From positions 1-35,616 of the IMG/VR virus record IMGVR_UViG_3300032234_000295: DNA of 35,616 nucleotides. One strand, 5' to 3'. The position numbers were made by a program, and so were the translations under genes. The notes beneath the pieces are model-generated. The model ran no database searches. It was not told the origin of the DNA and saw nothing but the letters and a program-made list of their open reading frames with translations. The stretch comes from a virus (taxonomy: Duplodnaviria; Caudoviricetes). The stretch's first letter is position 1. Each line of letters begins with the position of its first letter. Of the stretch, positions 1-8,244 are shown piece by piece.

Positions 1-793
1 CTGCAACGCTTAGGGAGTCTGATACTGCAACACCATACTTAGTGTAAGCAAGACCAAGCTCAGTAACAGCATCCATTGCTTTCTGAGTTTCTTCAGGAGC
101 AGTAAATAAATCTCCATAAACCTTTTTAAATTTGATTGCTGCTTTTTCCATGTCCATAAAGACACGACCAGCAGTCATACCAAGAGTAGCAAGTGGGAGG
201 GTAAAACCAACCATAAGCTGACGACCAGCCCACTGAGTATTCTTACCAAAGTTTAGAAGATTGGTTGAGCCTTGTTTAACTAGCTGATTAAACAGTACTT
301 GCTTTTGAGCGGTAATTGCAGTCTGGGTTCCCAGATCTTGCATATTAAGGATAGTTGGCCTAATTGCAATTGCTTGCATAGCACCTTGAGCATCACGACC
401 CATCTTAATGTATTGGGTCTGTAAAGTTTTTACACGCTCAATTGCTGTTTTTTCAATGGTAGAAAACTCTGAAACAAAGTTTTTACCAAAGGTTTGTGTG
501 GCTCCAGCGGCATAACGGAAATACTCCCGCATAGAAAATTTATTTTTCTCAAGGGAGTTTGTAAAGGATTCTGCGCTTGTTCTAACAGTTCGCAACTCTG
601 CAGAAAAACCCTGAATAGCATTTACGCCATTGACAAAGTTTCTCTGCAGATCACGTTGCGCTACTGCTGCAGCTGAGGATGATTTTGCTACTGATTGGTG
701 AAATTGAGAAATCTGTCGTTGCAGACTTTTTAGCTGATTTAATGCATCAGACGTATCAATATTTACGCCAATATTGGCATTAACATCAGCCAT
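1..793 (-). CDS. Tape measure protein, N-terminal part (runs off the left edge; missing from the ORF track)
   Basis: ATG at 793-791 with SD-like AAAGGTG upstream. My translation MADVNANIGVNIDTSDALNQLKSLQRQISQF...NFGKNTQWAGRQLMVGFTLPLATLG... is open to the edge and is helical, Ala/Gln-rich. It lies directly after the major tail and chaperone genes. Confidence 0.88.
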   Translation of the reverse strand, partial: MADVNANIGVNIDTSDALNQLKSLQRQISQFHQSVAKSSSAAAVAQRDLQRNFVNGVNAIQGFSAELRTVRTSAESFTNSLEKNKFSMREYFRYAAGATQTFGKNFVSEFSTIEKTAIERVKTLQTQYIKMGRDAQGAMQAIAIRPTILNMQDLGTQTAITAQKQVLFNQLVKQGSTNLLNFGKNTQWAGRQLMVGFTLPLATLGMTAGRVFMDMEKAAIKFKKVYGDLFTAPEETQKAMDAVTELGLAYTKYGVAVSDSLSVA

Positions 794-812
794 TAATGTT
801 CACCTTTCTTAG

Positions 813-1124
813 CTATGCAATTATATTTGCTCCACTCAGGTTAGCACCTGATGCAGCTTCAACAATCTTGTAGACTGTTGGCAAATCCAAAACCTCTTCT
901 AGCTTTGCAGGATCTGCAGCAAGCTCTGGGCTGTACTGTTTCATTGCAATAGCCACACATTCCAAGAGAAGGTTCATAGACTTCTCATTGTCCTCTGCAA
1001 CTGCTGTGACACCCTCAAACTTCTTCATAAAAGGCTTCAAAAGTGAAATCTTCAATGGACGTACCTGAATTGTTGTTCCGTCAATAAGTGTTAGTGTTTG
1101 TGCTTCATAAGTTGTTGTTGCCAT
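813..1124 (-). CDS. Putative tail assembly chaperone (G-like, 103 aa)
   Basis: Located between the major tail gene and the tape measure; typical size; strong SD (AAGGAG); paralogous to the N-terminal ~100 aa of 1176..1910. Confidence 0.7.
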   Translation of the reverse strand: MATTTYEAQTLTLIDGTTIQVRPLKISLLKPFMKKFEGVTAVAEDNEKSMNLLLECVAIAMKQYSPELAADPAKLEEVLDLPTVYKIVEAASGANLSGANIIA

Positions 1125-1162
1125 GTTTTTCTCCTTGTTCTACCCATAGTTAGGTTATTTTA

Positions 1163-1173
1163 ATTATACCACA
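1163..1173 (-). promoter_or_regulatory. Extended -10 promoter TGTGGTATAAT
   Basis: Plus strand reads attataccaca; intergenic, upstream of the 103-aa gene; the motif recurs across the window. Confidence 0.75.
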
Positions 1174-1175
1174 GA

Positions 1176-1910
1176 CTACTTATTTTTCAAGACCTTTGGG
1201 TCTCTAAGATCCTCGTAGGCTAGCCCCATACCAATTCCAAACCCAGCTTTTCTGGCGTTTTGTCCTTGAAGAGCAAGAACGTCATTTGAGTCATTTGTTG
1301 CTCCACCACTAAAGACCCTAGCTTTAAGATCTTCCCATTCTTTTTGTCCCTTAGCTTTGCCTTCAGCCTTTTGTGAACCTGCCTCTAAATCAACCCCTTG
1401 CAAAGCTGCCAAAAACTTTTTTTCTTCGTAGTCTAGTTCTCTAGTAATTGATAGGATTTGCATTAGCTCTTCTATTGATATAGATGATTCTAGTTCGTCA
1501 AAGTTTTTCCAGATACCCAGCAAAAATACTTCTGACTCTAATTTTGCTAAATCTAAGCTATTCCAATTGGCTTCATTTTCTTCTTTTTTGGCCTGATCAA
1601 CTATGGCTGTTTCTGAGTTCTTTTTAATGTTAATCCCAGACGAATAATATAGAATGTCATATATTGAATTTAGGTCAAAGTTTTCTTCTATTTCTGAGAT
1701 GCTTTTAGAAAATTTAGGATAGTATTGTTTCATGGCTATTCTGCAGCATTCAGTTAGCACACCTATTGTTTGATCTTCGCTTGTAGAATGTTGAACAGCG
1801 TCAAAGGCAGTCATCAGTTCTTTAAGATACTTTATCTTAATTGGGATTATTTCAATCTCTAGACCGTCAATTGTAAATACATGTCCTGTTTTGTATACTT
1901 CTGTTGGCAT
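1176..1910 (-). CDS. Putative tail assembly chaperone, fused GT-like form (244 aa)
   Basis: Directly downstream of the major tail gene. N-terminal ~100 aa align with the 103-aa neighbour (IDG..I.I.P.KI..LK..M..F; EC..IAMKQY.P; EE..DL...Y.I....SG.N), followed by an extra ~140-aa region. Confidence 0.68.
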   Translation of the reverse strand: MPTEVYKTGHVFTIDGLEIEIIPIKIKYLKELMTAFDAVQHSTSEDQTIGVLTECCRIAMKQYYPKFSKSISEIEENFDLNSIYDILYYSSGINIKKNSETAIVDQAKKEENEANWNSLDLAKLESEVFLLGIWKNFDELESSISIEELMQILSITRELDYEEKKFLAALQGVDLEAGSQKAEGKAKGQKEWEDLKARVFSGGATNDSNDVLALQGQNARKAGFGIGMGLAYEDLRDPKVLKNK

Positions 1911-1916
1911 AGTACA

Positions 1917-1927
1917 AGTTTACCACA
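1917..1927 (-). promoter_or_regulatory. Extended -10 variant TGTGGTAAACT, leaderless start for the 244-aa gene
   Basis: The hexamer TAAACT (1922-1917) is followed by 6 nt and then ATG at 1910; no SD is present. Confidence 0.62.
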
Positions 1928-1966
1928 AAACGACAAAACCCACCACAATTAAGTGATGGGCTTGTC
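1926..1966 (-). terminator. Intrinsic terminator after the major tail gene
   Basis: Minus strand GACAAGCCCATCAC-ttaatt-GTGGTGGGTTTTGTC followed by GTTTTG; ~14-bp stem with G-U pairs and one bulge; T-run on the plus side too. Confidence 0.75.
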
Positions 1967-1982
1967 TTTTAGCTTTTATAGA

Positions 1983-2615
1983 TTATGATGCAGAAACAGT
2001 GCGGTCAATGATCTTTCCATAAGAACCCTCAGAGTCATCTGGTAGAAGACGGAAGGATACTTCGAACATGGAAGCCTCATCACGCTTAGCTGATACTGTA
2101 ACATTTTCAATTGACAATGCACGGTAAGCAATGTAAACACGCTCTAGAGCAGAACCAATCTCACAGTCTCCAGTACCTGGACCAACTGCAATGATACCAC
2201 GCTCTACTGGGCACTCACCAAGATCTCCAGCGGATAGGTTTAGAACCTGTCCTGCAGAAGTTGACTTGTTTCCAGTTAGCTTGTCATCGCCATACGCTAG
2301 CGAGATCAAAAGATTCTCTAGTGTAGCCTCAGCGAATGCAGTGTTAAGATTAACCTGCATACCCTGCTTGAATAGCTTTGCAACGTCTAGAAGCTGGTCA
2401 ACCTGTACTTCACCGAAGTCAGGCTGAAACTGTAGCTCTAGGCCGTTCATTGTGTAGCCAACGTTTGTTACGCCAGCTGTGTCAGACAAAGTTTCACGAT
2501 AAGATTCTGATTCAACAAGAGTTGGGTAGCTTGTTCCGTCTAGAGTTGTGTCTGCGACGAAGAACGAAGCTGCACCTACGATAATGTTGGTAGAATCACC
2601 ACGAGTATATGCCAT
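1983..2615 (-). CDS. Major tail (tube) protein
   Basis: 210 aa; VGYTMNGLEL...EVQVDQL and C-terminal VSAKRDEASMFEVSFRLL fit siphovirus tube proteins; SD AAGAGGTG; own promoter and terminator; expected synteny. Confidence 0.88.
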   Translation of the reverse strand: MAYTRGDSTNIIVGAASFFVADTTLDGTSYPTLVESESYRETLSDTAGVTNVGYTMNGLELQFQPDFGEVQVDQLLDVAKLFKQGMQVNLNTAFAEATLENLLISLAYGDDKLTGNKSTSAGQVLNLSAGDLGECPVERGIIAVGPGTGDCEIGSALERVYIAYRALSIENVTVSAKRDEASMFEVSFRLLPDDSEGSYGKIIDRTVSAS

Positions 2616-2679
2616 AATTTCACCTCTTTTTCCTAATAGTGTATTAAGTTATAAATGGCGGTTGTTTCCTCAATAACTA

Positions 2680-2688
2680 ATTATATCA
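2680..2688 (-). promoter_or_regulatory. Extended -10 promoter TGATATAAT upstream of the major tail gene
   Basis: Plus strand attatatca in the intergenic gap. Confidence 0.72.
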
Positions 2689-2694
2689 GTCTTT

Positions 2695-3279
2695 TTACTT
2701 AAATTGATTTTGTGTATTACCAGCTACGCCCCAGTTTGCGTGGTAGTCATATTCTATAATAAGCTTATTAATAAATACTGTTCTGGCTGAGGCTAGCTCT
2801 ATAACATCTCTAGTTTCGTCTGCCTGATAAACCCTCATAGAATGAAAGAATACATTTTGAGGAAAGTTCAGGGTAGACTCGTCTCTAATAAAAGTGTTTA
2901 AATCTTGGGCTGCGGCATCTTCTCTATCTAAGAGCTGTGATATTAATATGTTTGCATAGTTTACGGTTGCTAGATCTGTGCTGTATAGGTAGTATAATAG
3001 TTGCTCTCTTTTTCTAGGATAGAATGAGTTTGGCCTAAACCTAATCAGCCTATCATATTGAATTAGTAGTGGCTGTTCTACTGGAACTGACTGTGTAAGG
3101 TTCTTATATATTTCTTCTGTGTTAGTTGGGGTAACTGCAAATATTGGTACAATACCCCCAACTCCTGAGCCTTCAGACATGTTAATGCCTTCGTACTTAG
3201 AGAGTTGTTTATAAAGATATTCATTAATCCAGTGTGGAGGGAATGGCAAGTCTGATGCCTTAAAGACTGTATCTGTCAT
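2695..3279 (-). CDS. Putative tail terminator / tail completion protein
   Basis: 194 aa immediately upstream of the major tail gene; TAATG-coupled to the previous gene; function assigned from synteny. Confidence 0.55.
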   Translation of the reverse strand: MTDTVFKASDLPFPPHWINEYLYKQLSKYEGINMSEGSGVGGIVPIFAVTPTNTEEIYKNLTQSVPVEQPLLIQYDRLIRFRPNSFYPRKREQLLYYLYSTDLATVNYANILISQLLDREDAAAQDLNTFIRDESTLNFPQNVFFHSMRVYQADETRDVIELASARTVFINKLIIEYDYHANWGVAGNTQNQFK

Positions 3280-3953
3280 TATTCAACTCCTACCTTTGCG
3301 TTGGCAATCCAAGTATACCCTACTTTTTTACCAACCTGACGACCACCCTTGGATCCTACAGCCATATTCTTTTTGTACAGTACTGGCTTTGATATGTAGT
3401 CAAATAGTCCAGATGCTTTTAAGAATGCCTGTGTAAAGTAGTTTTTAAAAAAGCTGTCAAACACTCTTTCATACGATCCTTCTACGGCATTGCCACCAGG
3501 GTTGTTAATCGTAATTGGTCTAGAAACAAATACTGTTTCTCCACCCTCTTCAAAAACCAAAGCTTTTCTTTTTGGAGATATAGTTACTGCAATTCCATTT
3601 TCCATAATTCTTGCTTTGTCATAAAATGGCTCAGTGCTATTCTCAGATACTGTTGTTGATTGTCTAAAAGAAGACTTAAGAGAAAGCCCTGCGTTGCTAA
3701 CAGTGTACTGCAAGTCAAATAGTCTTCCTGCTGGTGAACCAGTTTGATACCATTCGTATACATGGTGTAGTGCTGCCTGATCTCCCCTAGCCATTGCGTC
3801 TATGTATTGGCCAAGAGCTTCAATTGTGCCTTTGCCCAAATTATCAAGCATTACTTTTTTGCCATTTTGAGCACCTTCAAGAAAACCAAAAGAATAGTCT
3901 ATGATGTTCTGTATAGTCTTTTCAAACGATGCTGAATTAAGATTAACTTTCAT
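3279..3953 (-). CDS. Putative neck / head-tail joining protein (224 aa, start revised to 3953)
   Basis: TAATG stop/start overlap at 3955-3951 supports ATG at 3953 (MKVNLNS...) rather than 3989; lies in the connector block. Confidence 0.6.
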   Translation of the reverse strand: MKVNLNSASFEKTIQNIIDYSFGFLEGAQNGKKVMLDNLGKGTIEALGQYIDAMARGDQAALHHVYEWYQTGSPAGRLFDLQYTVSNAGLSLKSSFRQSTTVSENSTEPFYDKARIMENGIAVTISPKRKALVFEEGGETVFVSRPITINNPGGNAVEGSYERVFDSFFKNYFTQAFLKASGLFDYISKPVLYKKNMAVGSKGGRQVGKKVGYTWIANAKVGVE

Positions 3954-4405
3954 TAGTCTCCAACCGCCTGAGATTCGGTCCTTCTCCAAAGCATCTTGTA
4001 ATACTCAATACTATTAAATGGTCCAGTAAAAGGCTCTAAGGTTCCAATTTCATAGATAGTTCCCTTGTTAGCTCTTGGCCCAGCAGTTTCTTTGTAAACT
4101 GTTTGACCATGAGAAAGTCTAATGTTACTAACCAAAATATTAGTTACTGCTTCTTGTGTTTGATTAGATTTTATTCTTAGGTCTGCCCTGCTTCTTACAA
4201 CAAGTTTGTCTTCATATTGCAAAAACATTTCTGGCTTAATTTGCTCAGAGCCTGCTCCACCTACTGGTGTTGCATTGCAAGAAATTGTACGATCAAATAC
4301 CCATTCTTTTTTAATTTCTCCAAATGGTCCTTGCGTAATTATTGGATAATAAACATCCGCAAGCATTGGGTAAACAAAGTCTGTGGTATCGTCGCAGCAA
4401 CCCAT
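3953..4405 (-). CDS. Putative head closure (stopper) protein
   Basis: 150 aa, beta-rich, second gene of the connector block, TAATG-coupled at both ends. Confidence 0.58.
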   Translation of the reverse strand: MGCCDDTTDFVYPMLADVYYPIITQGPFGEIKKEWVFDRTISCNATPVGGAGSEQIKPEMFLQYEDKLVVRSRADLRIKSNQTQEAVTNILVSNIRLSHGQTVYKETAGPRANKGTIYEIGTLEPFTGPFNSIEYYKMLWRRTESQAVGD

Positions 4406-5376
4406 TACAGCATTCCTGGCTTTTTTACGTCTGTAATGTATTTGTCTAGAATCTTATCAACTAGAATGTTGCCTGTTCCAGAAAGAGCAGAGGCATCAAT
4501 CTTAATTTTAAACTGATCTGTTGAGTAGTCTGTGACATATCTCTTAAAGTATTCTAACTTACCACAAGAAAGATCACTAATCAACATTTTAGTGGCATCC
4601 TGAATATCATAAGGCACCACCCTATGTCCTGTTTCTAATAGGATTAGATAGTCTGTTCCTTGTGGAAACAATACCCCAGACTTTAGGGCAATTGTGTTTC
4701 CACTGTCAGAAGTATCAAACATGCTGATAGAATCTGAAGATGCCATGTTTAGTCCTACAGGCACAGACTCTGCACGATTAAAGTCAGTAATTACATAAGC
4801 TGGATCTTTGGTGATTGCAGTTTTGTCTTTAGTGATTACATAGTTCCATTCACCCAAAGCTGGAACTTCTAGCGATGCATCATAAACTAGTTCTGCATTT
4901 TCATAGGCTTTTAAGATCTTGTAAGATTTTTCCCAGAGAGGAATATAGTCAGTTCCTTGTCCAACTGTTTCAAGCCACTTAGTTTTAAAGTAAAAACCAC
5001 CAGTGATTGCATCAATGATTGCTCTTGCAAGTCCTTCATGCTCTTTTGCTGCAGCTATATCTGAAGCAGTTTGTCCAAGTGTATTTGGATCTACATAGGG
5101 TCTTTCTATTGTTAGGTTATCTTCCCCAACAATTTCGTCACCAAGTGTAATCTCTAGGTGATAAACATCATCATACTTTCTAAAATCGTAAGGAGTGTCG
5201 TCTTCGCCATAGACACCTGTCCAGCCAATTGACAAAACTCCAGCGTTATTTGAAGCAACAGTGTCTTCAAAGACTATGTCATAGTCAGAGTCCTCAATCT
5301 TTAAATTGTATTGAGTTGATGGCTCTAGCGTGTAGCTAATAAAGTCGTCATATGGGGCCTGTCTAAGCACATTCAT
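4405..5376 (-). CDS. Putative head-tail adaptor/connector with an extra N-terminal domain
   Basis: 323 aa; ARAIIDAITG, VPYDIQDATKMLI and TGNILVDKILDKY are typical of adaptor proteins; follows the capsid gene. Confidence 0.65.
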   Translation of the reverse strand: MNVLRQAPYDDFISYTLEPSTQYNLKIEDSDYDIVFEDTVASNNAGVLSIGWTGVYGEDDTPYDFRKYDDVYHLEITLGDEIVGEDNLTIERPYVDPNTLGQTASDIAAAKEHEGLARAIIDAITGGFYFKTKWLETVGQGTDYIPLWEKSYKILKAYENAELVYDASLEVPALGEWNYVITKDKTAITKDPAYVITDFNRAESVPVGLNMASSDSISMFDTSDSGNTIALKSGVLFPQGTDYLILLETGHRVVPYDIQDATKMLISDLSCGKLEYFKRYVTDYSTDQFKIKIDASALSGTGNILVDKILDKYITDVKKPGML

Positions 5377-5573
5377 TATTTACTCCTAGTGTAAGCTTTG
5401 GCTACCTCTTCTGGCGTTGCTGTACGCACTGCCTTATGAGTTACCCAAAAATCTGATGCTTCTTTGGTTACTATGTTATAACCAACTTTAAGCTCTCCAA
5501 GACCATTTTTAAATAGGTTCTTGTTAGAGTATATAGCGACCTTCTCAACAGTGTCTTTACTATCATTAGCCAT
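5376..5573 (-). CDS. Hypothetical protein (65 aa) between capsid and adaptor
   Basis: SD GGAG, own extended -10, TAATG-coupled to the adaptor gene. Confidence 0.7.
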   Translation of the reverse strand: MANDSKDTVEKVAIYSNKNLFKNGLGELKVGYNIVTKEASDFWVTHKAVRTATPEEVAKAYTRSK

Positions 5574-5590
5574 AATATTCTCCAGTTTTA

Positions 5591-5599
5591 ATTATATCA
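5591..5599 (-). promoter_or_regulatory. Extended -10 promoter TGATATAAT, just after the capsid terminator
   Basis: Plus strand attatatca. Confidence 0.72.
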
Positions 5600-5605
5600 G
5601 AATAT

Positions 5606-5636
5606 AACAAAAGAGGGCAGACTTTCGTCTGCCCCC
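5606..5636 (-). terminator. Intrinsic terminator after the major capsid gene
   Basis: Minus strand GGGCAGAC-GAAA-GTCTGCCC (perfect 8-bp stem, GNRA loop) followed by TCTTTTGTT. Confidence 0.9.
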
Positions 5637-5652
5637 TGATGTTTGATCAGCT

Positions 5653-6795
5653 TTAGGAGTCTGATGCAGCGTCTGCGAAAGCCACTGCGTCAAGCTCTTC
5701 CCACTGAAGGCCAAAACGAACGAATACTGTGTACTCGATTGTGTCCTTCTTTGGAACGTACTGACGGTTTACGGTGATGTCTCTCTGGAAACCCCATACA
5801 CGGTTCTGAGGGAATGTAAGGTCTACATAACCTGCAGGGTAGTAAGGTACTTCCTGAACTTCGACACCTAGAACACGTGTTGTACGTGCTCCACCGAATG
5901 TCTGTGCTGCGCCGTCAAGGTATGCCTGACGGTTACGCTCAGTGCCTGGACCACGGTCAACGAAAGCCTCAGCAATTGCGTCAGCTAGTGTACCGTTGTT
6001 CTTCACGATGCCCTGGAATGCATCTGTACCAGCATAGAACTTTAGGTTGTTCTTTAGCGCACGGTACTTACGTGGCATTGCAAGAATAATATTCTGCATT
6101 ACGTCTGTAGTCCATGCGTTGTCTGCTACTGTTACAACTGACTCGTGTGCATCTCCATCATTCTTGACCTTGTGAACAAAGCCCTCCATGATAGATGTGA
6201 ATGCTGTTCCACCAACACCGACACCATTGATAGCTAGATCTTCGATGTCATTTGCAAAAGCAGATGTCATCAAACGAACTAGGTGATCCTCAAGAGCACC
6301 ACCTTCAATATTGTCTTCTAGTGCCTCAGTTGATACTTCCCAGTCTAGACGAATCTTCTTGGTAGTTAGTTCAACCTTGGTGAATGTAGCACCTGCGTTT
6401 GTGAAAGCTGGGTCAGCCTGTGCTGCTGCACGAATGACTCGCTCTCCTACGTTAACCTTCTCAAGCTCAATGGTGTTAGCTCTCATAGTAACTCTACGTC
6501 CATCTTTTGCAAGGACTGTACCGTCCCAAACATAGTCAATGAAGCGACGAGCCTGCTCTGGAGCCAGGATACCACCAGGAGTGCCTGTTGGATTTACAGC
6601 ATTTGGACCATTGATACTTCCAAAGTTTGGAGTAGCAATGTTACCAAGACTAGCTGCTGGAGATAGGTTACCTCCTGGGCCAGTTACTGTTGCGTCACCA
6701 ACTGCTCCAGATGCGAATGATCCGTCACCGTTGATTTCTGCTTTACCCTGATTCTCTGAACCTGGGTAGTTTTTAATTAGTTCTTGTTCCGACAT
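5653..6795 (-). CDS. Major capsid protein (HK97 fold); start revised to ATG 6795
   Basis: GGILAPEQARRFID, VELTTKKIRLDWEVSTEALEDNIEG and FANDIEDLAING motifs. SD AGGAGGT precedes ATG 6795; the GTG at 6804 lies inside the SD. Followed by a strong terminator. Confidence 0.93.
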   Translation of the reverse strand: MSEQELIKNYPGSENQGKAEINGDGSFASGAVGDATVTGPGGNLSPAASLGNIATPNFGSINGPNAVNPTGTPGGILAPEQARRFIDYVWDGTVLAKDGRRVTMRANTIELEKVNVGERVIRAAAQADPAFTNAGATFTKVELTTKKIRLDWEVSTEALEDNIEGGALEDHLVRLMTSAFANDIEDLAINGVGVGGTAFTSIMEGFVHKVKNDGDAHESVVTVADNAWTTDVMQNIILAMPRKYRALKNNLKFYAGTDAFQGIVKNNGTLADAIAEAFVDRGPGTERNRQAYLDGAAQTFGGARTTRVLGVEVQEVPYYPAGYVDLTFPQNRVWGFQRDITVNRQYVPKKDTIEYTVFVRFGLQWEELDAVAFADAASDS

Positions 6796-6818
6796 ATATT
6801 TCACCTCCTAGTGATATT

Positions 6819-7427
6819 TTAAAATAAGTCGTTATTAGTGAGGAAACGACCTCCCCATAGGGATTTTTGAACCTTAACTTCAGGTTCCTGTACGATGTCG
6901 CCAACATCGCCAGACTTGCGGAAAGCAGTGTCAGCCACTACAGCGTCTACTCTCTTTCCAAATTCATTGAACACGTCTTTGCTTGCAGTTACGTCGTTCT
7001 TAACTGCCTCAATAGACTTGCTTAGTTCTGAAATCTGTGCAGCTTGAGCTTTTACAATTTCAGATAGATCGCTAAAGGCTTTTGTAACGGTAGCTGTTAG
7101 ATCTGCAACTGCAGACTGAACAACTTCGTTTGACTTAGCTACCTCAGTTTTGTCTTCATCATCAGGCATAGCTGACTTGGCCTTAGACATGTCGTCCTCT
7201 TCCTTATCTTTGCCGTACGCTTTGTCAGACTTGGACTTATTCATTTCGTCCATGTCATCCTCTTCGTCCTCATCCATATCGTCAGACTTTGCAGCCTTCT
7301 CTACGGGTGCCTCTGTTGCTTCTACTGAAGTATCGGCCTCTGGAGCGACCTGTGCTTCTTCAACAGCAGCCTCTGCAGCTACAGCTTCTACTGCAACCTC
7401 AACTGCTTCATTTGTTGTTTCATCCAT
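6819..7427 (-). CDS. Putative nested scaffold protein (202 aa, in-frame internal start)
   Basis: Minus strand AAGGAGGT-aagtcct-ATG at 7427, exactly where the composition shifts to MDETTNEAVEVAVEAVAAE... Confidence 0.7.
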   Translation of the reverse strand: MDETTNEAVEVAVEAVAAEAAVEEAQVAPEADTSVEATEAPVEKAAKSDDMDEDEEDDMDEMNKSKSDKAYGKDKEEDDMSKAKSAMPDDEDKTEVAKSNEVVQSAVADLTATVTKAFSDLSEIVKAQAAQISELSKSIEAVKNDVTASKDVFNEFGKRVDAVVADTAFRKSGDVGDIVQEPEVKVQKSLWGGRFLTNNDLF

Positions 7428-8186
7428 AGGACTTACCTCCTTGTTAATCTCAATTGTATTAATGCCTTTAGCACTATCAACTAAGAACTTTATTACATCA
7501 GAATTCTCTGAGTCTGTTTTTTCAACAAACCCAATGTTCTGCATTTCTTTACCAGATGATGGACTCACCGCTGAATCAGCATCTGATAACAAAACTATGT
7601 CGTTTTCTGAATCCCAAAAAACATTTTCAATTTCTGTCTTTGCAAGGTAGCCGTCAACTGTTGTTTCTCCGTTTACCTTCTCAATAGAAAAAATATTTGC
7701 AAACTGATTTGCTGGATTGTCTACTAGCGACAACTCGTGTAGTTCATATTCCTTGATCATACGGACTGCTTTGTCCATACCCTCGTTGTAAACGTCGTCA
7801 AACTTTTTAATGTTACCGCCAATAGAAAAACCTGAGTAAGTTCCATCTAGAACTTTTTCCCAGGCATCTTGTGCACCCTTAGATACATAAGCAGAAACGT
7901 AAACACCAGAATAAAATTTCTTTGTTTCTGGATCAAAGTAGCGATCCTCTTTAAATGATACTACCTTTCCTACTGCTGAAGGCTGATGCATTTCACGTAG
8001 GTTGCCACGAAAGTTTTTAAAGGCTGTTAGACTAGCTGCAGTGTCTACTACGTCACCCTGCTTGTCTACGTTGTCAAGGGTAGCAAAACCAGAAACGACT
8101 CTGCGTTCTTTATCAACTTTTCCAATGGGCATTGACAGGCGGACGTTGTCGCCTTCAGTCACCCAGTGCGCTTTATTAATATTCAT
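6819..8186 (-). CDS. HK97-family prohead protease fused to an acidic/coiled-coil scaffold region
   Basis: RVVSGFATLDNVDKQGD, REMHQ, GFSIGG and ELSLVDNPAN motifs; acidic Ala/Glu/Asp-rich and heptad C-terminal half; between portal and capsid. Confidence 0.9.
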   Translation of the reverse strand: MNINKAHWVTEGDNVRLSMPIGKVDKERRVVSGFATLDNVDKQGDVVDTAASLTAFKNFRGNLREMHQPSAVGKVVSFKEDRYFDPETKKFYSGVYVSAYVSKGAQDAWEKVLDGTYSGFSIGGNIKKFDDVYNEGMDKAVRMIKEYELHELSLVDNPANQFANIFSIEKVNGETTVDGYLAKTEIENVFWDSENDIVLLSDADSAVSPSSGKEMQNIGFVEKTDSENSDVIKFLVDSAKGINTIEINKEVSPMDETTNEAVEVAVEAVAAEAAVEEAQVAPEADTSVEATEAPVEKAAKSDDMDEDEEDDMDEMNKSKSDKAYGKDKEEDDMSKAKSAMPDDEDKTEVAKSNEVVQSAVADLTATVTKAFSDLSEIVKAQAAQISELSKSIEAVKNDVTASKDVFNEFGKRVDAVVADTAFRKSGDVGDIVQEPEVKVQKSLWGGRFLTNNDLF

Positions 8187-8195
8187 ATCCCTTTA

Positions 8196-8204
8196 ATTAT
8201 AGCA
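8196..8204 (-). promoter_or_regulatory. Extended -10 promoter TGCTATAAT, near-leaderless for the protease
   Basis: Plus strand attatagca; 9 nt from the hexamer to ATG 8186. Confidence 0.7.
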
Positions 8205-8244
8205 AACATTTTATCAGTTTTATAACTTTTTCAAGTATATCACA

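Noticed and set aside
430-676. Short ORFs 430..621 (-) and 494..676 (+)
   Set aside because: Both lie inside the tape measure reading frame (1..793), which the track omitted because it lacks a stop in the window.
1416-1422. In-frame A_AAA_AAG slippery heptamer (E-K-K codons) in the 244-aa chaperone-like gene
   Set aside because: A -1 shift reaches a TGA about nine codons later and would cut the C-terminal region. It is not at the G/T boundary, and A-runs are expected from Glu/Lys codons in AT-rich DNA.
1620-1626. T_AAA_AAG near the end of the G-homologous part of the 244-aa gene
   Set aside because: Not a full X_XXY_YYZ heptamer and no clear stimulatory structure. The position is suggestive but too weak to claim.
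7150-7650. 166-aa Ser-rich plus-strand ORF
   Set aside because: Antisense shadow of the Asp/Glu/Ala-rich scaffold region; no initiation signals.
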